Below are positions 1 through 11,950 of a DNA stretch of 55,856 nt, one piece after another; the first letter of the stretch is position 1, and each line of letters opens with the position of its first letter. The position numbers were made by a program, and so were the translations under genes. The notes beneath the pieces are model-generated. The model was not told the origin of the DNA, ran no database searches, and worked only from the letters and a program-made list of their open reading frames with translations. Source of the stretch: Asterionella formosa (taxonomy: Eukaryota); NCBI GenBank assembly GCA_002256025.1, contig NKIB01013534.1, positions 1 to 55,856 of the forward strand, in the 5' to 3' direction.

Positions 1-641
1 CACTAAAATCAAAGGGTGCAGGACTATTCTCCTTGTCCAACCATTCCCTAATAACAACTCTTGCAGCAGCTTCCCTCTTCTTCTGTGAAATTCCTTGGTC
101 GTCTGTGATTGCTACATGAATCTGGCCGGATAATATTGGGTTGATCAAACTCATCTGTCTATCCCTTGTTTCCTTGTCAGATTCATTCTTGTGCCCAAAT
201 AACAACCACATTATTAGTTTCACAACTTCATTCCGATTATTGACTCTGGTTGATTGTGCTCTATTTAGCTTTGGATATTCATCAGGTAACATCTTCTTCT
301 TCGTTTCTTCCACCAAGCGATCATGCTCACTTTGTTTTATTGTTGTTGTTGTAGTGCCAGTATCATATCCCGCCCACTTGCTGCTCAAACCAATCTCCTC
401 CTCCCACAAAATATTCGAAGTCATCCTTGCCTTCAAGTGATCTTCCATATTGCTTGAAGCATCCGAGACAAGTAAAAAGGCTTGAATTTGAATTCTTCTC
501 TCCGCAAAGGGGATGTATCGCTCCATCACAAGAAACACATCGGTGGCTGATTGCAGCATGAGGAAATTCGCCACTTTCTTTGCGCATCATCTTACAGGCA
601 TTGCCTAGGCAGCATGGAGCGAAGTTGGGCGTAGAGTCCAT
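1..641 (-). pseudogene. Frameshifted, edge-truncated ORF with an N-terminal Cys/His (PHD-like) finger; probably transposon-derived (possibly Crypton-like)
   Basis: ORF 363-641 has CxxC...HxxC...CxxC (HRCVSC, IHPLC, FTCLGC). A second minus frame stays open from ~415 to the window edge (…RAQSTRVNNRNEVVKLIMWLLF…REWLDKENSPAPFDFS). Inverted repeats lie just upstream at 866-998. Confidence 0.35.
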
Positions 642-865
642 TCTTTAATCAACAATCTGAAAGCTTTGAAAGAGTAATGATAATTTCTGATCTTATAATT
701 CAATCAAAAAATTGAATCATCAGTACTCTATATATATACAGAATCATAGTAGCACCTACTAAAGTGCGGCTCTTGGTGACTTCATGACACTCTCAGCACC
801 TACGGGAGGCGATCCATCAACTATTTTACTCTGCGCAAATGTATCGAAAGCAGCGAGTCATTATT

Positions 866-998
866 AGGTTTTTCCGCACCTAAAATTCCAAGAATTGAAA
901 AGGAAGTTTAAGTTGTCTGTAGCCTTGTACCGGGGTTCGTCTGTAGGACGAGAAAATATTCTCAATCATTTCCTGAATTTTAGGTGCGGAATAACCTT
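866..998. repeat. 23-bp imperfect inverted repeat (probable TE subterminal repeat)
   Basis: aggtttttccgcacctaaaattc (866-888) versus gaattttaggtgcggaataacct (976-998); the acctaaaattc core recurs at ~1026. Confidence 0.7.
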
Positions 999-1142
999 GA
1001 ATGGCCCTCAGGGGCAGTTAATTTAACCTAAAATTCTCCACCTTCTAATGAAGTACCGGTAGGTTGAAACCGCTACATGGAATTTTTAGTATATAGTGCG
1101 CGCAATTCGCTGATCACCGGACCTTCCAGGCAGGTGTACCTA

Positions 1143-2172
1143 CCTGCAAGTTGCGGTAATTTTGCTGAAAAAAAAGGCCGTTGCTAACCGTTGACCCAAA
1201 CCAAAACCCAAAAACTTTTTTGGATTGGTTTTGGTTTTGGTCAACTGACGAAAAAACGATACTATCGGTTTTTGGGAAATCCTAAATGCTGTCAACCACC
1301 CATCTACTGTGACGTAGGATGAAAAAACCATTATAAAAAAGTAAAATATTTCTATTAGACTACTTTTATATATCAAATAGTATGATTCCTATTTGGGAAT
1401 TAGTAAGTTTTCCCCGCAATTTACCGGTAGTGCCGTAAATATATATACTCCAACCACACTTCTTCATGATGAAATACAACTGACAGCAGTTTCAGCAACC
1501 CAGAGAGAATTGAATGCCGCAAACAAAAACAATGGTGTCTTGGTACAAACGAATTGGCAATGCGCCATTACCTGCAACAAAACATCTACTGATTACTTAC
1601 CAGATATATTGATACAATGGGACGTGGCGATGCACCAGTCCCAGTTGCCGGAGCGATACCGCCACCAGCAGCCTCAGTTGAAGAGGACGACGAAGATGAA
1701 GTCGTGGTGACAGAAGATTGATTTATGTGTTCCGCATAATAAATCGAAGTCGATTTGTTGTTGTTGTTGTTCTCGCCAGTGTGGTATGGTACCTGGTACT
1801 CTGGTACCGGTACCGTATAGCTATTGTTGTACATAAATAGATATGATATGCCGGTACCGGCATATGATGCGTCCTATATGTAGTGATTCTGCGACGATAT
1901 TTATTGGGTTTCTAGTGACTACATTCAAAGTAGTCAATATGGAATCCTACGTTTAGGTAACGTTTGGGTAACTTATTGGGATATGGGCACGGAATCCCCT
2001 AAACGTAATGCGTTTGGTTTTTCACTCCCGTTAGCATCGTTTTTTAGGGTTACCGAAACCAAAACACTGTTTGGTTTGGGTTTTGGTCCACTGTTAGCAA
2101 CGGCCTATAAAGATTTAGTTTTTTTATCGCAGATTAAAATGTTAGTGAAGCAAAATGCCCGCAACTTGCTGG
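1143..2172. mobile_element. ~95-bp MITE (family A) split by a nested element
   Basis: Left end cctgcaagttgcggtaattttgctgaaa at 1143. The remainder (…tttatcgcagattaaaatgttagtgaagcaaaatgcccgcaacttgctgg) lies at 2106-2172 and matches the intact copy at 8739-8833. Confidence 0.8.
1176..2105. mobile_element. ~930-bp non-autonomous TIR element with GGCC termini (PIF/Harbinger-like)
   Basis: Left GGCCGTTGCTAACCGTTGACCCAAACCAAAACC; reverse complement of right end GGCCGTTGCTAACAGTGGACCAAAACCCAAACC. No convincing ORF; TSD not cleanly recoverable. Confidence 0.75.
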
Positions 2173-3359
2173 TCAGTACCTGGTACCGTTGAGTACGTGC
2201 GACTCATGCTACCTGTATCGGTGTATGATACTGATGTGTGATGTTATGTTGAGAGTGAGGGACAATATTACTTACCGGTGTGTGCTGGTAAAACATATCA
2301 TTAATTAAATTAAACATCAACATTTTTTATGCGAAATAATTAGCATACCTACGTCATTATCAAGTCGTGATAGAATTGATGACGTTGTATTCTACTTGTT
2401 GAGAATACCGGTACACTAGTTTGTGATTCGAAGAAAAATGGGTCATGGATCTGCATTTTGTTCGAGATACCCGTAGAAGCCATATATGTAGGGTGAAATC
2501 GAAAAAGCTCTAAAAAAATTTGAGATGTAGTTGCCAATTTTTATTTTTGCTTGTATGTAGTATATAATATATTCATGCATCCATAGCGTATAGCAAGCCA
2601 CACAATAGGGCAATTTCGCCGGAAAAAATCGCAAGAGTGAAAATGGCCACGGAGAAGTTTGAATCATCGATGCAAGTGTTATTTTGTTGTACCTGGTACC
2701 ACAGAAGGAGTTCCCTGGTATCGCGTATCGATGTAGAGTAGAGTACTGGTACCAGGTACAAGCAGTCCGTTGGATTGTTGGGTGTCATGGTGTGTTGATC
2801 GACAATGCCAATCGACAGCCAGGACTCCCATTCGTGCAAACGTGCCCAGGTAGAACAACGAGGAGGCATGTGGCAAAGGATTGCTTGTCTGTAAGTACAC
2901 AATATGGTACATGGTAATCAGGTGGCATAGCTGGTGACTTGTTTGAGTTTGTTAGCATTGCTTCAACATACTTACCGGTCCTACGGTACTCGGAGTACCG
3001 TACCGGTGCTATTTACCGGTACGTTCTTAATAATAATAATATAAAATACATTATGTAAATGATGCTCGTCCCTAGATAGTTAGTAAGTACCAGGTACCGT
3101 ACAACACTCCTACTATGATGACAAAATTTGAGACGCGGCACCATTTTCAGGTGTCAGCCCAAGCAAGAAGGAGGAAGAATCTGGATGAATTTCTGTTGTC
3201 CATTAGCTACCGGCACGTACAGTGTACCGGGTATACATATTGACATTTCTGTCATTTCATGAGGAGACTCAACCGCTGTCAACCAGCCAACTGATCAACA
3301 ACATCTGCTTTAGCTGATAAGACGATCGCAAACATAAGAACAAGACTAGTCTTGATGGC

Positions 3360-5045
3360 ATGTATGGAACATCGAATTCGGAGACTCCAACAGCCATATT
3401 CTCTGACCAAATCACAATGAAGCAACCCTCGATGGCACCTCTCTCATTTTTCAAACGCAAGATTGCGGTAGGCGACCAGGTCGTTCAGTCGGTGAAGCAC
3501 CTATCGATGAGTGCTAGTGTCAAAAATTCACAGATGCTTTCCCTTTCCACGCGGACTGAATCGTCGGCTTCCATCAGCGATGACGACAGTGCAAATAGAG
3601 TCGACTCTCCATTCTGCGTCACAGAGGAGGAAGATGTAGAAGATGTCACGCAATCGCCTCAACTAAAGGGCATGAAGCACATTATTGATGACAAGGGCCT
3701 CAAACTGGAAAACCTCATGTTGCATGTTAGGGATAGTTCATCGAGGGGAGACCAGCACACGCCATCTGGTCAATCTGCATCAGAAGATGGATCCGCAGCA
3801 TTTCATCGCAAGCTTCCGCCAAGGAGCCCCTCTCAAAGCTTACGGAAAAATTCCACGCTCCTTTCAGGGAAAAATTCACCAATTTCAAAAGACGGCGTTG
3901 GACCGAACAGTCCTTTTCCACCACGATCGCAGAGTCCTCGCAAGAGTTCCGAGTCTAGCCCCGGAAAGCCTATTCAAGATTCGCAAAAGCAGTATGATCA
4001 TAGTCCGGATGAATGCAACGCTCGTCAAAGATCGTTCTCCCACGAGGATGTCGACCCTCATCGTGGAACTACGTCGTTGGTTGAGAACCGTAGAATTTCA
4101 TCGTCTCGAGTCAACCGACGCCAAAAATCTCCTGTGTTTCATCAACTGGATCTTGATGATTTGGAAGTATTGAAAAGGAAGATGAAGCATAGGAGAGAGA
4201 AATACGGCGAAATTGATTACAGAGTCGGGCAAGTCTGGAATTACATTGGGAATTACTACTTTAAAAATCAAGAACATGCGAAGGCATTATATTCATATAA
4301 GGGAGCCGTCATGTGTTATGATGGCGATGACGCCCATATTGGAGCAGCCTATGGAAATATCGGAACTGTGTATTGGACAACCGGAGATTTGGCAAACGCT
4401 GTCATTTTTCTCAACAAAGCGCTCGAGATGTATCGCTTTATGGAGTCTGCACAGGGTCATGGTCCTGATTCGAGTATTCAAGTTTCTAATGTACTTTATC
4501 AAATTGGATTGGTCTTGTCACTCCAGCAAAATTTTAAGGCCGCTATGAGCACTCTGAAATATTGTCGCCTCGTTCGAGAGAAAACTCTGGGCAACATGCA
4601 TTTAGATTTGGCGAGAACAATTGATGCGATTGGAAAAGTTCATTTGTTCATTGGTGAACTGGACTACGCCATGGCTTGCCATCAACAAGCATTGGAGATG
4701 AAACGTGGCTTGGCAGGCGACTCAGATTCAGCCGTGATTACCTCATTAATGAACATTGCTGCTGTCCATCAAGCCCGTGAGATGTACGACGAGGCTATCT
4801 ATGCCTATTTGGCGGTACTAACTGTACAAAAGCAAGCTTTCCTTACATGCAACGTTGATGGACAAGCTCTTCGATTAGCTAAGGAGGCTGGCGAGACCTT
4901 GCATGCCTTAGCTCAAATTCATAGTCTCAATGGAAACCCTCATGAGTCTTCGCTTGCCATCAAGGAATCTCTTCTGTTCTATAGAGAAGCTGGGTTGTCC
5001 ATGGACGATCCAAAGGTTTTGTCGTTGCAGTCGATGCTTGTTTAA
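3360..5045 (+). CDS. Tetratricopeptide-repeat protein with a long disordered Ser/Pro-rich N-terminus
   Basis: 561-aa intact ORF. The C-terminal half has kinesin-light-chain/NPHP3-style TPRs (VGQVWNYIGNYY, AAYGNIGTVY, VSNVLYQIGLVL, LARTIDAIGKVH, ITSLMNIAAVH). Confidence 0.85.
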   Translation: MYGTSNSETPTAIFSDQITMKQPSMAPLSFFKRKIAVGDQVVQSVKHLSMSASVKNSQMLSLSTRTESSASISDDDSANRVDSPFCVTEEEDVEDVTQSPQLKGMKHIIDDKGLKLENLMLHVRDSSSRGDQHTPSGQSASEDGSAAFHRKLPPRSPSQSLRKNSTLLSGKNSPISKDGVGPNSPFPPRSQSPRKSSESSPGKPIQDSQKQYDHSPDECNARQRSFSHEDVDPHRGTTSLVENRRISSSRVNRRQKSPVFHQLDLDDLEVLKRKMKHRREKYGEIDYRVGQVWNYIGNYYFKNQEHAKALYSYKGAVMCYDGDDAHIGAAYGNIGTVYWTTGDLANAVIFLNKALEMYRFMESAQGHGPDSSIQVSNVLYQIGLVLSLQQNFKAAMSTLKYCRLVREKTLGNMHLDLARTIDAIGKVHLFIGELDYAMACHQQALEMKRGLAGDSDSAVITSLMNIAAVHQAREMYDEAIYAYLAVLTVQKQAFLTCNVDGQALRLAKEAGETLHALAQIHSLNGNPHESSLAIKESLLFYREAGLSMDDPKVLSLQSMLV

Positions 5046-5757
5046 GAATTTAATTTGATGTCAGCATTAATGGCATTGTCGCGTCTAAATATAAGGTGAT
5101 GAACGAGACTACATCTACTGTAGCTCGTGTCGTAACGAACTTGCTATGTAAACATTATTTCAATTGTGTTTCAAATGTAGGGCACAATCCCTTTGTTCGT
5201 TACTCGGTCTGAGTGATAATCATTGCAAACTTCCACTTTCCTAGCCCAAAGTGCTATGCTGCTGCTACCATCAAAACTACACCCAGTTCCTTGAGCATCA
5301 TATGCAAATGACAAATTGCGAGATCAAACGATGTTGTATTTACTCCGAGCTGCCCAAAGCTTGTTTGGATATCTTTTGTTGCTGCTCTATAACTCTTGCT
5401 GCAGAAGAAGTTCTTTGATGTTGTCATAAATTATAATCGAAATGGACCTCAAATCAGTTCGGGATTCGAGTTTATATGGTATACAGTAGGCTTCAACATA
5501 TTCAGAGAATCAGCCAATTGACGTCAGCGAACATTTCGAACGAAAAGCTTTCAAGATCAGATTATCTAAAGGTAACGCAGTCCCTATTTACTAACCTCCG
5601 GTGCGTAGACGAGCTCGACACCCTATTCTCCAATGATCGGGAACAAAGTTGCTATTGAATTATAAAATGGCTGGTATAAAATGAAATATATATTTATATA
5701 ACGAGACAAAAAACGTTTTCAAAAGTCTCCTTACTGAGGGGATGAGCATTCGGGTAT

Positions 5758-8298
5758 CTACCCGCCCCCTCTGTTTCGTCCCATGTCTAACAAAGTAACC
5801 AAGAGTTCACGGACTTGGGACAAATCCGACATGACCTCTGCCTGAATGCTTTCGATCTCGGCCTTCATGCGGTTTACTTCCTCTCGATCATTCATCATCT
5901 CTTTCTGGGTGTCACTTCTTAAACTAATGATTGAACCCTGGATGTGCTTCAATTGATCAAGCTTTTGTTTCTCCATGTCTGCGCGAGAGACAGTACTATC
6001 TTTCTGCACAAATAGATATTCACGGACCTGAGGTGGCCACAACCAACCAGCCGTAAGAACGCCGGCCAGTAACCAGAAGGGAATGATAAAAACGACAGAC
6101 ATGACCTGTAAGAACAAATAGACCCAAAATTCCATTCTCTGTGCACTTAAATCAGTGTCTTCGTAAAGATTTTGATCAAATAGTGAAATGATACTCGTCC
6201 ATGCTTCAGAGAAGTAGTCTTTATCACCCCGGTTTGAATCGAGGTTCATAAAGCCCGATCCCGATGGACCCTCTTGGACCTGGGAGGGTGATCCCATTCC
6301 TTCTGCTCCACCTTTAAGGAACGTCATTCGCTGGCGGAATCCATACGAGATGGCGTCCATTTCCGCGACGAAGTCCAAACGATTAGACCAAAAAACAATA
6401 GCGGCTCGGTCATTCTGAATAATTTCGTAACTATCTGTTACGATAGCGATCAGCACATTGGAGAGCAAAATTACAACCAAGAACGCGTAAGCAATGTACA
6501 GCAACTGGGCCACAAGATTTGATTCATATCGTGACTGATCGTTAATTTGTCCCATCATCATGGTATACACTTTCAACAATGAATTTCCAAAGGTACAATG
6601 AGGATAAGTACATTCCATTTCGTCTTCAGGTATATCACAAATCTCAGTATCCGTGTACACGATGTAGAACATCTGAGCGAATGCGAGCAAAATGACACCC
6701 ACGGCCATCAAGAAAGCAGCGAGACGCTGCAAGACATACCAAACACCACCCACGAAAACAGCGAAATCGACCAAGGTACTCTTTAGGAAATAGATGATGG
6801 CACACCAAAGAACACCCTCCGTGAAGGCAACAGTACTTCGGAAACTGCCTCCATGAACATCGACTTCGCCTGCCATGATAATACCATGGTAGAAGACAAG
6901 TATGATCACTGCGGAATCCAACCAATTGTTTGAGTCGTAAAACCAGGAACTGAGTGAACCCAATGACCACAGCGACACAATCTGTACCAACTCCCGATTT
7001 AAAAAGTAGGTACCTCCAATGAAAAGAAAAACCAATGCAGGAATTGATGTATTCGGTTCCGGGTCAGGGATGAATATGGAGTCGATATAGCGTTTTGTTG
7101 CTATCTGAAAAGAACAAATGAGACAGATGAGGAAGTACCCGTCCATCATCAAAATGCTCGTGGGGAATCTTTGGACAATCTTCTTATTGAGAATGTTCCG
7201 GACATGAGGACTAACAACGGCAAAATCCTGAAGCCAGTCCGGCAAGTCCTGCAAGGCAGTCAAAAAATCGGCAGACGCACTTGGTTCACCGTCGAGATAG
7301 AGTTGAAGGCAAGCAGCGACATTGCTTCGCTGATCACGTTCGTCCGCTTTGAAACCCTTCACACCAAGTGCCAATAAGTGAAGGGGCAGAAATCCGTCAT
7401 GGTCTCTTATATTGACAAGTTCGGGTCCACCGAAGTCCATTAGATACTTGATCACACCAGGCGAAGCATTACGATGAGCATTCACCATGGCCAAATGCAT
7501 CGGAGTACGACCCTTGTTTTCCTTAGCCATCAATGACTCCGGGTAGGAATCTGCCAAAACCTTCAAAACTTGAGGATCGACACCATATGCGCAGGCATAA
7601 TGCATGGGGAGCATACCTCCAACGTCAGGAAGTTCAGCTGCTCCCGAATTACATAAAAAGTCCATGTTCTCAGCCATAGCCGATGCAGTGTCGGAACGTT
7701 GTGTGAGGTAGAAATGCAAAGGAGACCTGTTCTGAGAGTCCTGCCTAGTCTTACCCTCAGGATATGCATCAGTAAGAATCTTCAAAACTCCCCCACACGC
7801 TCCGTTGGCACAAGCGTGATGAAGAGGCAGCCATCCATGCGAGTCCGGCCACATGACCGTTTCTGGAGCAGCTTCCAATAAGGCTTGAATAATATCTTGA
7901 GGAGGATTGCTGAGCTTACATACATTGTGCAGCGGAGTCGCATCATTGCTTCCTCTAACAGATGCAGCAGCAGCTCTATCCTCTGGATTTTGGTGCGCCC
8001 ATAGCCACTTCCTGATATTATCCCATGTCTGATCAACATGATCTCGTCTCTGCTGAGCTTCCACTGTTGTCAGCTGTCGGTTTCCGTTAGGACGAGGCAT
8101 CCCTTCTTCAATGATGATAAAGAGTCGGGTATGACCAAGGCCCGACTCATCAGAGGCCTCTGAGCTGTCATCAGCCATGAATCCATGAGTGGGTTGGCGA
8201 TTATACCCAGCGGGTCCATTGCGGTTTCCCACAAACACATCTTGCACTTCATCGTGAGCGTAGCGCTCGTCGCCTCTATGTGCATTATATGCCGACAT
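5758..8298 (-). CDS. Ankyrin-repeat TRP-like cation channel
   Basis: First ATG at 8298 (MSAYN), with an in-frame stop upstream. About six ankyrin repeats (GWLPLHHAC, GMLPMHYAC, GRTPMHLA, GFLPLHLL), six hydrophobic segments, S6-like LLSNVLIAIVTDSY followed by TRP-box-like FWSNRL, and a C-terminal coiled coil. Confidence 0.85.
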   Translation of the reverse strand: MSAYNAHRGDERYAHDEVQDVFVGNRNGPAGYNRQPTHGFMADDSSEASDESGLGHTRLFIIIEEGMPRPNGNRQLTTVEAQQRRDHVDQTWDNIRKWLWAHQNPEDRAAAASVRGSNDATPLHNVCKLSNPPQDIIQALLEAAPETVMWPDSHGWLPLHHACANGACGGVLKILTDAYPEGKTRQDSQNRSPLHFYLTQRSDTASAMAENMDFLCNSGAAELPDVGGMLPMHYACAYGVDPQVLKVLADSYPESLMAKENKGRTPMHLAMVNAHRNASPGVIKYLMDFGGPELVNIRDHDGFLPLHLLALGVKGFKADERDQRSNVAACLQLYLDGEPSASADFLTALQDLPDWLQDFAVVSPHVRNILNKKIVQRFPTSILMMDGYFLICLICSFQIATKRYIDSIFIPDPEPNTSIPALVFLFIGGTYFLNRELVQIVSLWSLGSLSSWFYDSNNWLDSAVIILVFYHGIIMAGEVDVHGGSFRSTVAFTEGVLWCAIIYFLKSTLVDFAVFVGGVWYVLQRLAAFLMAVGVILLAFAQMFYIVYTDTEICDIPEDEMECTYPHCTFGNSLLKVYTMMMGQINDQSRYESNLVAQLLYIAYAFLVVILLSNVLIAIVTDSYEIIQNDRAAIVFWSNRLDFVAEMDAISYGFRQRMTFLKGGAEGMGSPSQVQEGPSGSGFMNLDSNRGDKDYFSEAWTSIISLFDQNLYEDTDLSAQRMEFWVYLFLQVMSVVFIIPFWLLAGVLTAGWLWPPQVREYLFVQKDSTVSRADMEKQKLDQLKHIQGSIISLRSDTQKEMMNDREEVNRMKAEIESIQAEVMSDLSQVRELLVTLLDMGRNRGGG

Positions 8299-8738
8299 TT
8301 CTACGTCTTGCCTTTCACTGCTAGTTGATCGCACACCGTTACCGATAGAACGTAATCAGAAGCTTCCTCGTCGTCTCTATGGGAGCATCAAACGAGGCGC
8401 AAGCCAAAGTGCGTAGAATTCTACGGAAAAATGTACCAGGGAGGCTTTTCGCCGCTAGAGTAGCAGAACGAGCAAGCAGCTGCAGAAAAGTGCAATCACT
8501 GGTGTATTGTTTCTTCACTTCGTCGAAACGATCAAGTTCAAGAAAGTACAGACTGATTAAATGCACGAGAGAGGACAGCAGAGCGAAGCCTACTGGTTAA
8601 GAAGGTTTCTTCGCGATTTGCCATCAACAAAGGATTTTGAAGTTTGTTTTGCATGTGTCATGAAGGGTCAAAGCAGAATTCCTTGCTGAAAATCATGATC
8701 CTTTTCCAGTCATGGACGGAGAATCGTGAAAAGAGTTA

Positions 8739-8833
8739 CCAGCAGTAAGTTGCGGTAATTTTGCTGAAAGAAAGGTTTAGCTGTCTTTATCCCAGATTAA
8801 ATTGTTGGTTTAAAAATGAACGCAACTTGCAGG
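8739..8833. mobile_element. ~95-bp MITE family A, intact copy with TA on both flanks
   Basis: TA|CCAGCAGTAAGTTGCGGTAATTTT…AAAATGAACGCAACTTGCAGG|TA; TA target plus TIRs suggests a Tc1/mariner-type (Stowaway-like) MITE. Confidence 0.85.
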
Positions 8834-8960
8834 TAACTGGTGGCAGTACAATAGTGTACCAGCTATTTACTACCGGTAGATATCTATGTTGCATAATGCA
8901 TACCGTATGATATGTGTGTACGACATTGAGAAACATGAAATCTTATACCGGTACCTGGAA

Positions 8961-9058
8961 TGCAAGTAAGTTGCAGTCATATTGCTTTAAAAAACAATTT
9001 AATATCGGATAAAGAGAGCCAAATATTTCGTTTAAGCAAAATTGACGAAATTTGCTGG
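8961..9058. mobile_element. ~95-bp MITE family A, opposite orientation
   Basis: tgcaagtaagttgcagtcatattgct…aatttaatatcggataaaga…gcaaaattgacgaaatttgctgg|ta is a degenerate reverse complement of the 20823 copy. Confidence 0.7.
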
Positions 9059-9383
9059 TACCAGGTACCTGGAACTGGAGCGCCTTGTGCCATGTACAGT
9101 ACCAGGTACCTACTGTACCGGTACTCTATCACAATGTGGTCATTTGGCCAGCTGGGGTGTTCTTTGGTTGTTCAACTCATATTTCATGCGCACCATGACC
9201 GCTGATGATAAAATCTATTCGTGAATACGGTACCGGTAATCCAACTCAATTGTTGCTGGTATCTAATAGCGATCCAAATCCGATGGAAAGAACTACGGTA
9301 CATAGGACACCAGGACAAACAGTACCGGTAGACTACCTGGTACCTGGTACCAGGTACTCCACCAGCGAGGCACCTGGTGTGTG

Positions 9384-9554
9384 TGTTGAGAGGGAGAAAC
9401 GCTTGCAATGGATGCCAGCGGCAGCTACATTAACAAGGAACTGAGATTCTAAAGAAGTATTTAACTAGCTGTAGAGGGACCAGTATTCACGGGAATTAAG
9501 CATTTACAGGAATCTTGGTAGGATATACGGAGTTTCTGGTATATGGTACCAACA
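9384..9554 (-). repeat. 3' LTR (171 bp)
   Basis: About 95% identical to 20560-20733 by manual alignment (about 9 substitutions and one 3-nt indel). Confidence 0.85.
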
Positions 9555-10319
9555 CCCCCCTCAAGTGAGAAAATTCCCATACAACGGAACAATTATATTG
9601 CGGAGGCGAAGAAAACGGGCATCATCTTGATGTTATGGCTGCCAAACTGGCAGGGGCAAACACAGAGAATCCTACTAATTTTTCTCCCCAATGATCCCAG
9701 TCCCTTCTTGAATGTCACTTGCTACAGAAAATGTAGAACAGCCGCCCACCATGATCTGTTGATTGTTGCTTTATGGTGCCACTGACCGAGACCTCCAGAA
9801 ATCTCAATGAGTTGCTTGTTTCTTGTTTGACTTGAATGCAAAAGGGATCGAAACCAGTGGGAAAATCAAAAGGGAACTAAAAATACTCTGCAAACATCAG
9901 GACAATTGTGAAAGAGAAATGAAGGTTCTTGGGAGGAGAAGTAAAGGGATAGCTAATTGCTTCTGCTGGTCTTGCGGGAACAAGAATAGATTGACCCAAA
10001 CAATGTTGACAAATAGGTACCTACGGGAAAAGGAAGCAATGCTTTCAGCATCATCAATCTATACACAAGCCTGCGCCACCTGATGTTGTCAATATAGCTA
10101 CCTCGACTTCATCAATGAAGAAGTCAATGGGTGGAGCATGTGAGGAAAATCGGGGTTGAGGTTTTCTTGACGCCAACGTGGACCTGCTTGGCTGAACTCC
10201 TTGCAGATGAAGCAAGGCATTGAGTAACCTGGGCCTGTGAAGCCAAAGGATAAAGAAAAATCTATGACAAGGGTGGTGAGATAGTGTTTAGGAGGGGGGA
10301 GCAAAAGTTATCATAGCTA

Positions 10320-10780
10320 TGTATGTACACAATTGATTTGAATTTTAATCATGCCCATCATAGGGATACCTACCAGTATATATGAAGCACACATATTTTT
10401 GCATGTAAACGTACGTACCAGTATGCATACGATTGATTTGAATTCAAATCATGTCCATCATAGTTACACCTATATACCGGTTTGTTGCACAGATATTTGT
10501 ATGTAAACATAGTACATGTACGATTGATTTGAATTTGAATCATGCCTATGATAGGGATAGGGTTAGGGAGTGACTTTGGTATACCGGTATCTAAAGTTGA
10601 TTGAGGGACGCAATATCACGTAGTCGTACAACAATGTGGCATTGGTATCTGTTGGTGGCTGATGAAGGGGACGCAATAACACTTTCTCGTACAAACAAGT
10701 TGACATTGGTATCTATAGTCACCTCGTACTCAGGCTAATTGAGGGGCTTAATTAAATTACTTACTTGTAGGTACAAGAGT
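10320..10780. repeat. Degenerate tandem repeats (~95-bp unit x3, then ~62-bp unit x3)
   Basis: attgatttgaatt..aatcatg recurs at ~10332, 10432 and 10523; ttggtatct…gagggacgcaat…tcgtacaa recurs across 10572-10780. Confidence 0.7.
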
Positions 10781-10788
10781 TGATGAGG

Positions 10789-10903
10789 AAAAATTCAAAA
10801 ACAGTCCGCACATCAGGTCGTGGAAAACAATGATATCCTCATGCCTTAAAAATTCAAAAACAGTCCGCACATCAGGTCGTGGAAAACAATGATATCCTCA
10901 TGC
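10789..10903. repeat. Perfect tandem duplication, period 59 bp
   Basis: aaaaattcaaaaacagtccgcacatcaggtcgtggaaaacaatgatatcctcatgc occurs twice, at 10789 and 10848. Confidence 0.95.
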
Positions 10904-11729
10904 ATTGTATATATTTGAATTATGTATAAGCTTAATTGATGATAGTATAGATATTATGTCTATATATTTATACGTTTTCAAATTTTTATAAATGTATACA
11001 TAGCCTATACATTTGAAATCATGTTTAGAGGTTCCTTGTTGCTTATGCATACTACTACAAGTACGACATGATCCTGAAATGAAAGATAAACTCTCCCCTA
11101 TGACAAGGAAAACTGAAACAACGACGCTTCAACGCACCCAATGATGATAAACCTTGCGGCTTAGAAGGGTTGAAAATGGAAGAGTGAACTGAATCTAGCT
11201 ATGGTATGTCGAGAGTACATGCCAAGGTGATCAATTGTTGGGTTCACAAAGACTAAATGATTGCCTGATTCCCTTGCAACAATTCAAAAGCACATTTCGC
11301 ATTCAGCGGGATACCACCAATGTCGACCAAAAACTTGTAAATGCTCTTGTTGGATCAATGAGCCACTGTTAGAACATCACTGACACATGTTTGTTTTTCA
11401 ATCTTTCAGGATAATTTTAATCAAATAGTTTTGTTGTAAGTTATAAATGACATTGGTGGAACGGTTTATTGATTTGTACTTATGTGATCATTGACTGACA
11501 CACTACTATTTTACTGAATTATGCGAAAAGTTCATCTATTTCTGGTACTAAGTGGAGCATGCTAAGATTGGACTGCAGTGTTGAGACATAAACAAAACAT
11601 GGCTAAAGAGCGAGTAATTCCTTCTCATTGTTATTATGATCAGGAAATCAAATAGATAAAAAAGAATCGGATCAAAAGGAAATGGGATTTGCAGCGCGTA
11701 TGTAGTCAGATGAGTTTCAGAATCAGCGT

Positions 11730-11950
11730 GGATGGGAGGCGGGAGGCATGCATCAGGAGATTTGAAGGCAGGAGGCAATGCATCCTCAAGAGCATTGAAG
11801 GGAAGCGGGGGAGAGGCAGGAATCCTCAAGAGCATTGAAGGGAAGCGGGAGGCATGTATCCTCAAGAGCATCATTGAAGGGAGTCGGGGGAGGCATGCAT
11901 CCTCGTGAGCATTGAAGGGAGGCAGGAGGCATGCATCAAGAGCATTGAGA
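11730..11950. repeat. Minisatellite, ~33-39 bp purine-rich unit, ~6 copies
   Basis: gcatcctcaagagcattgaagggaagcggg(a)gg is repeated; this explains the repetitive translation of ORF 11548-12090. Confidence 0.85.

Noticed and set aside
3685..4548. Alternative-frame and antisense ORFs overlapping the main CDSs throughout the window
   Set aside because: Shadow ORFs of real genes with no domain signal.
9205..9444. Two ORFs (with 20222-20620) sharing the C-terminus VEREKRLQWMPAAATLTRN
   Set aside because: The shared peptide is just the LTR read in frame.
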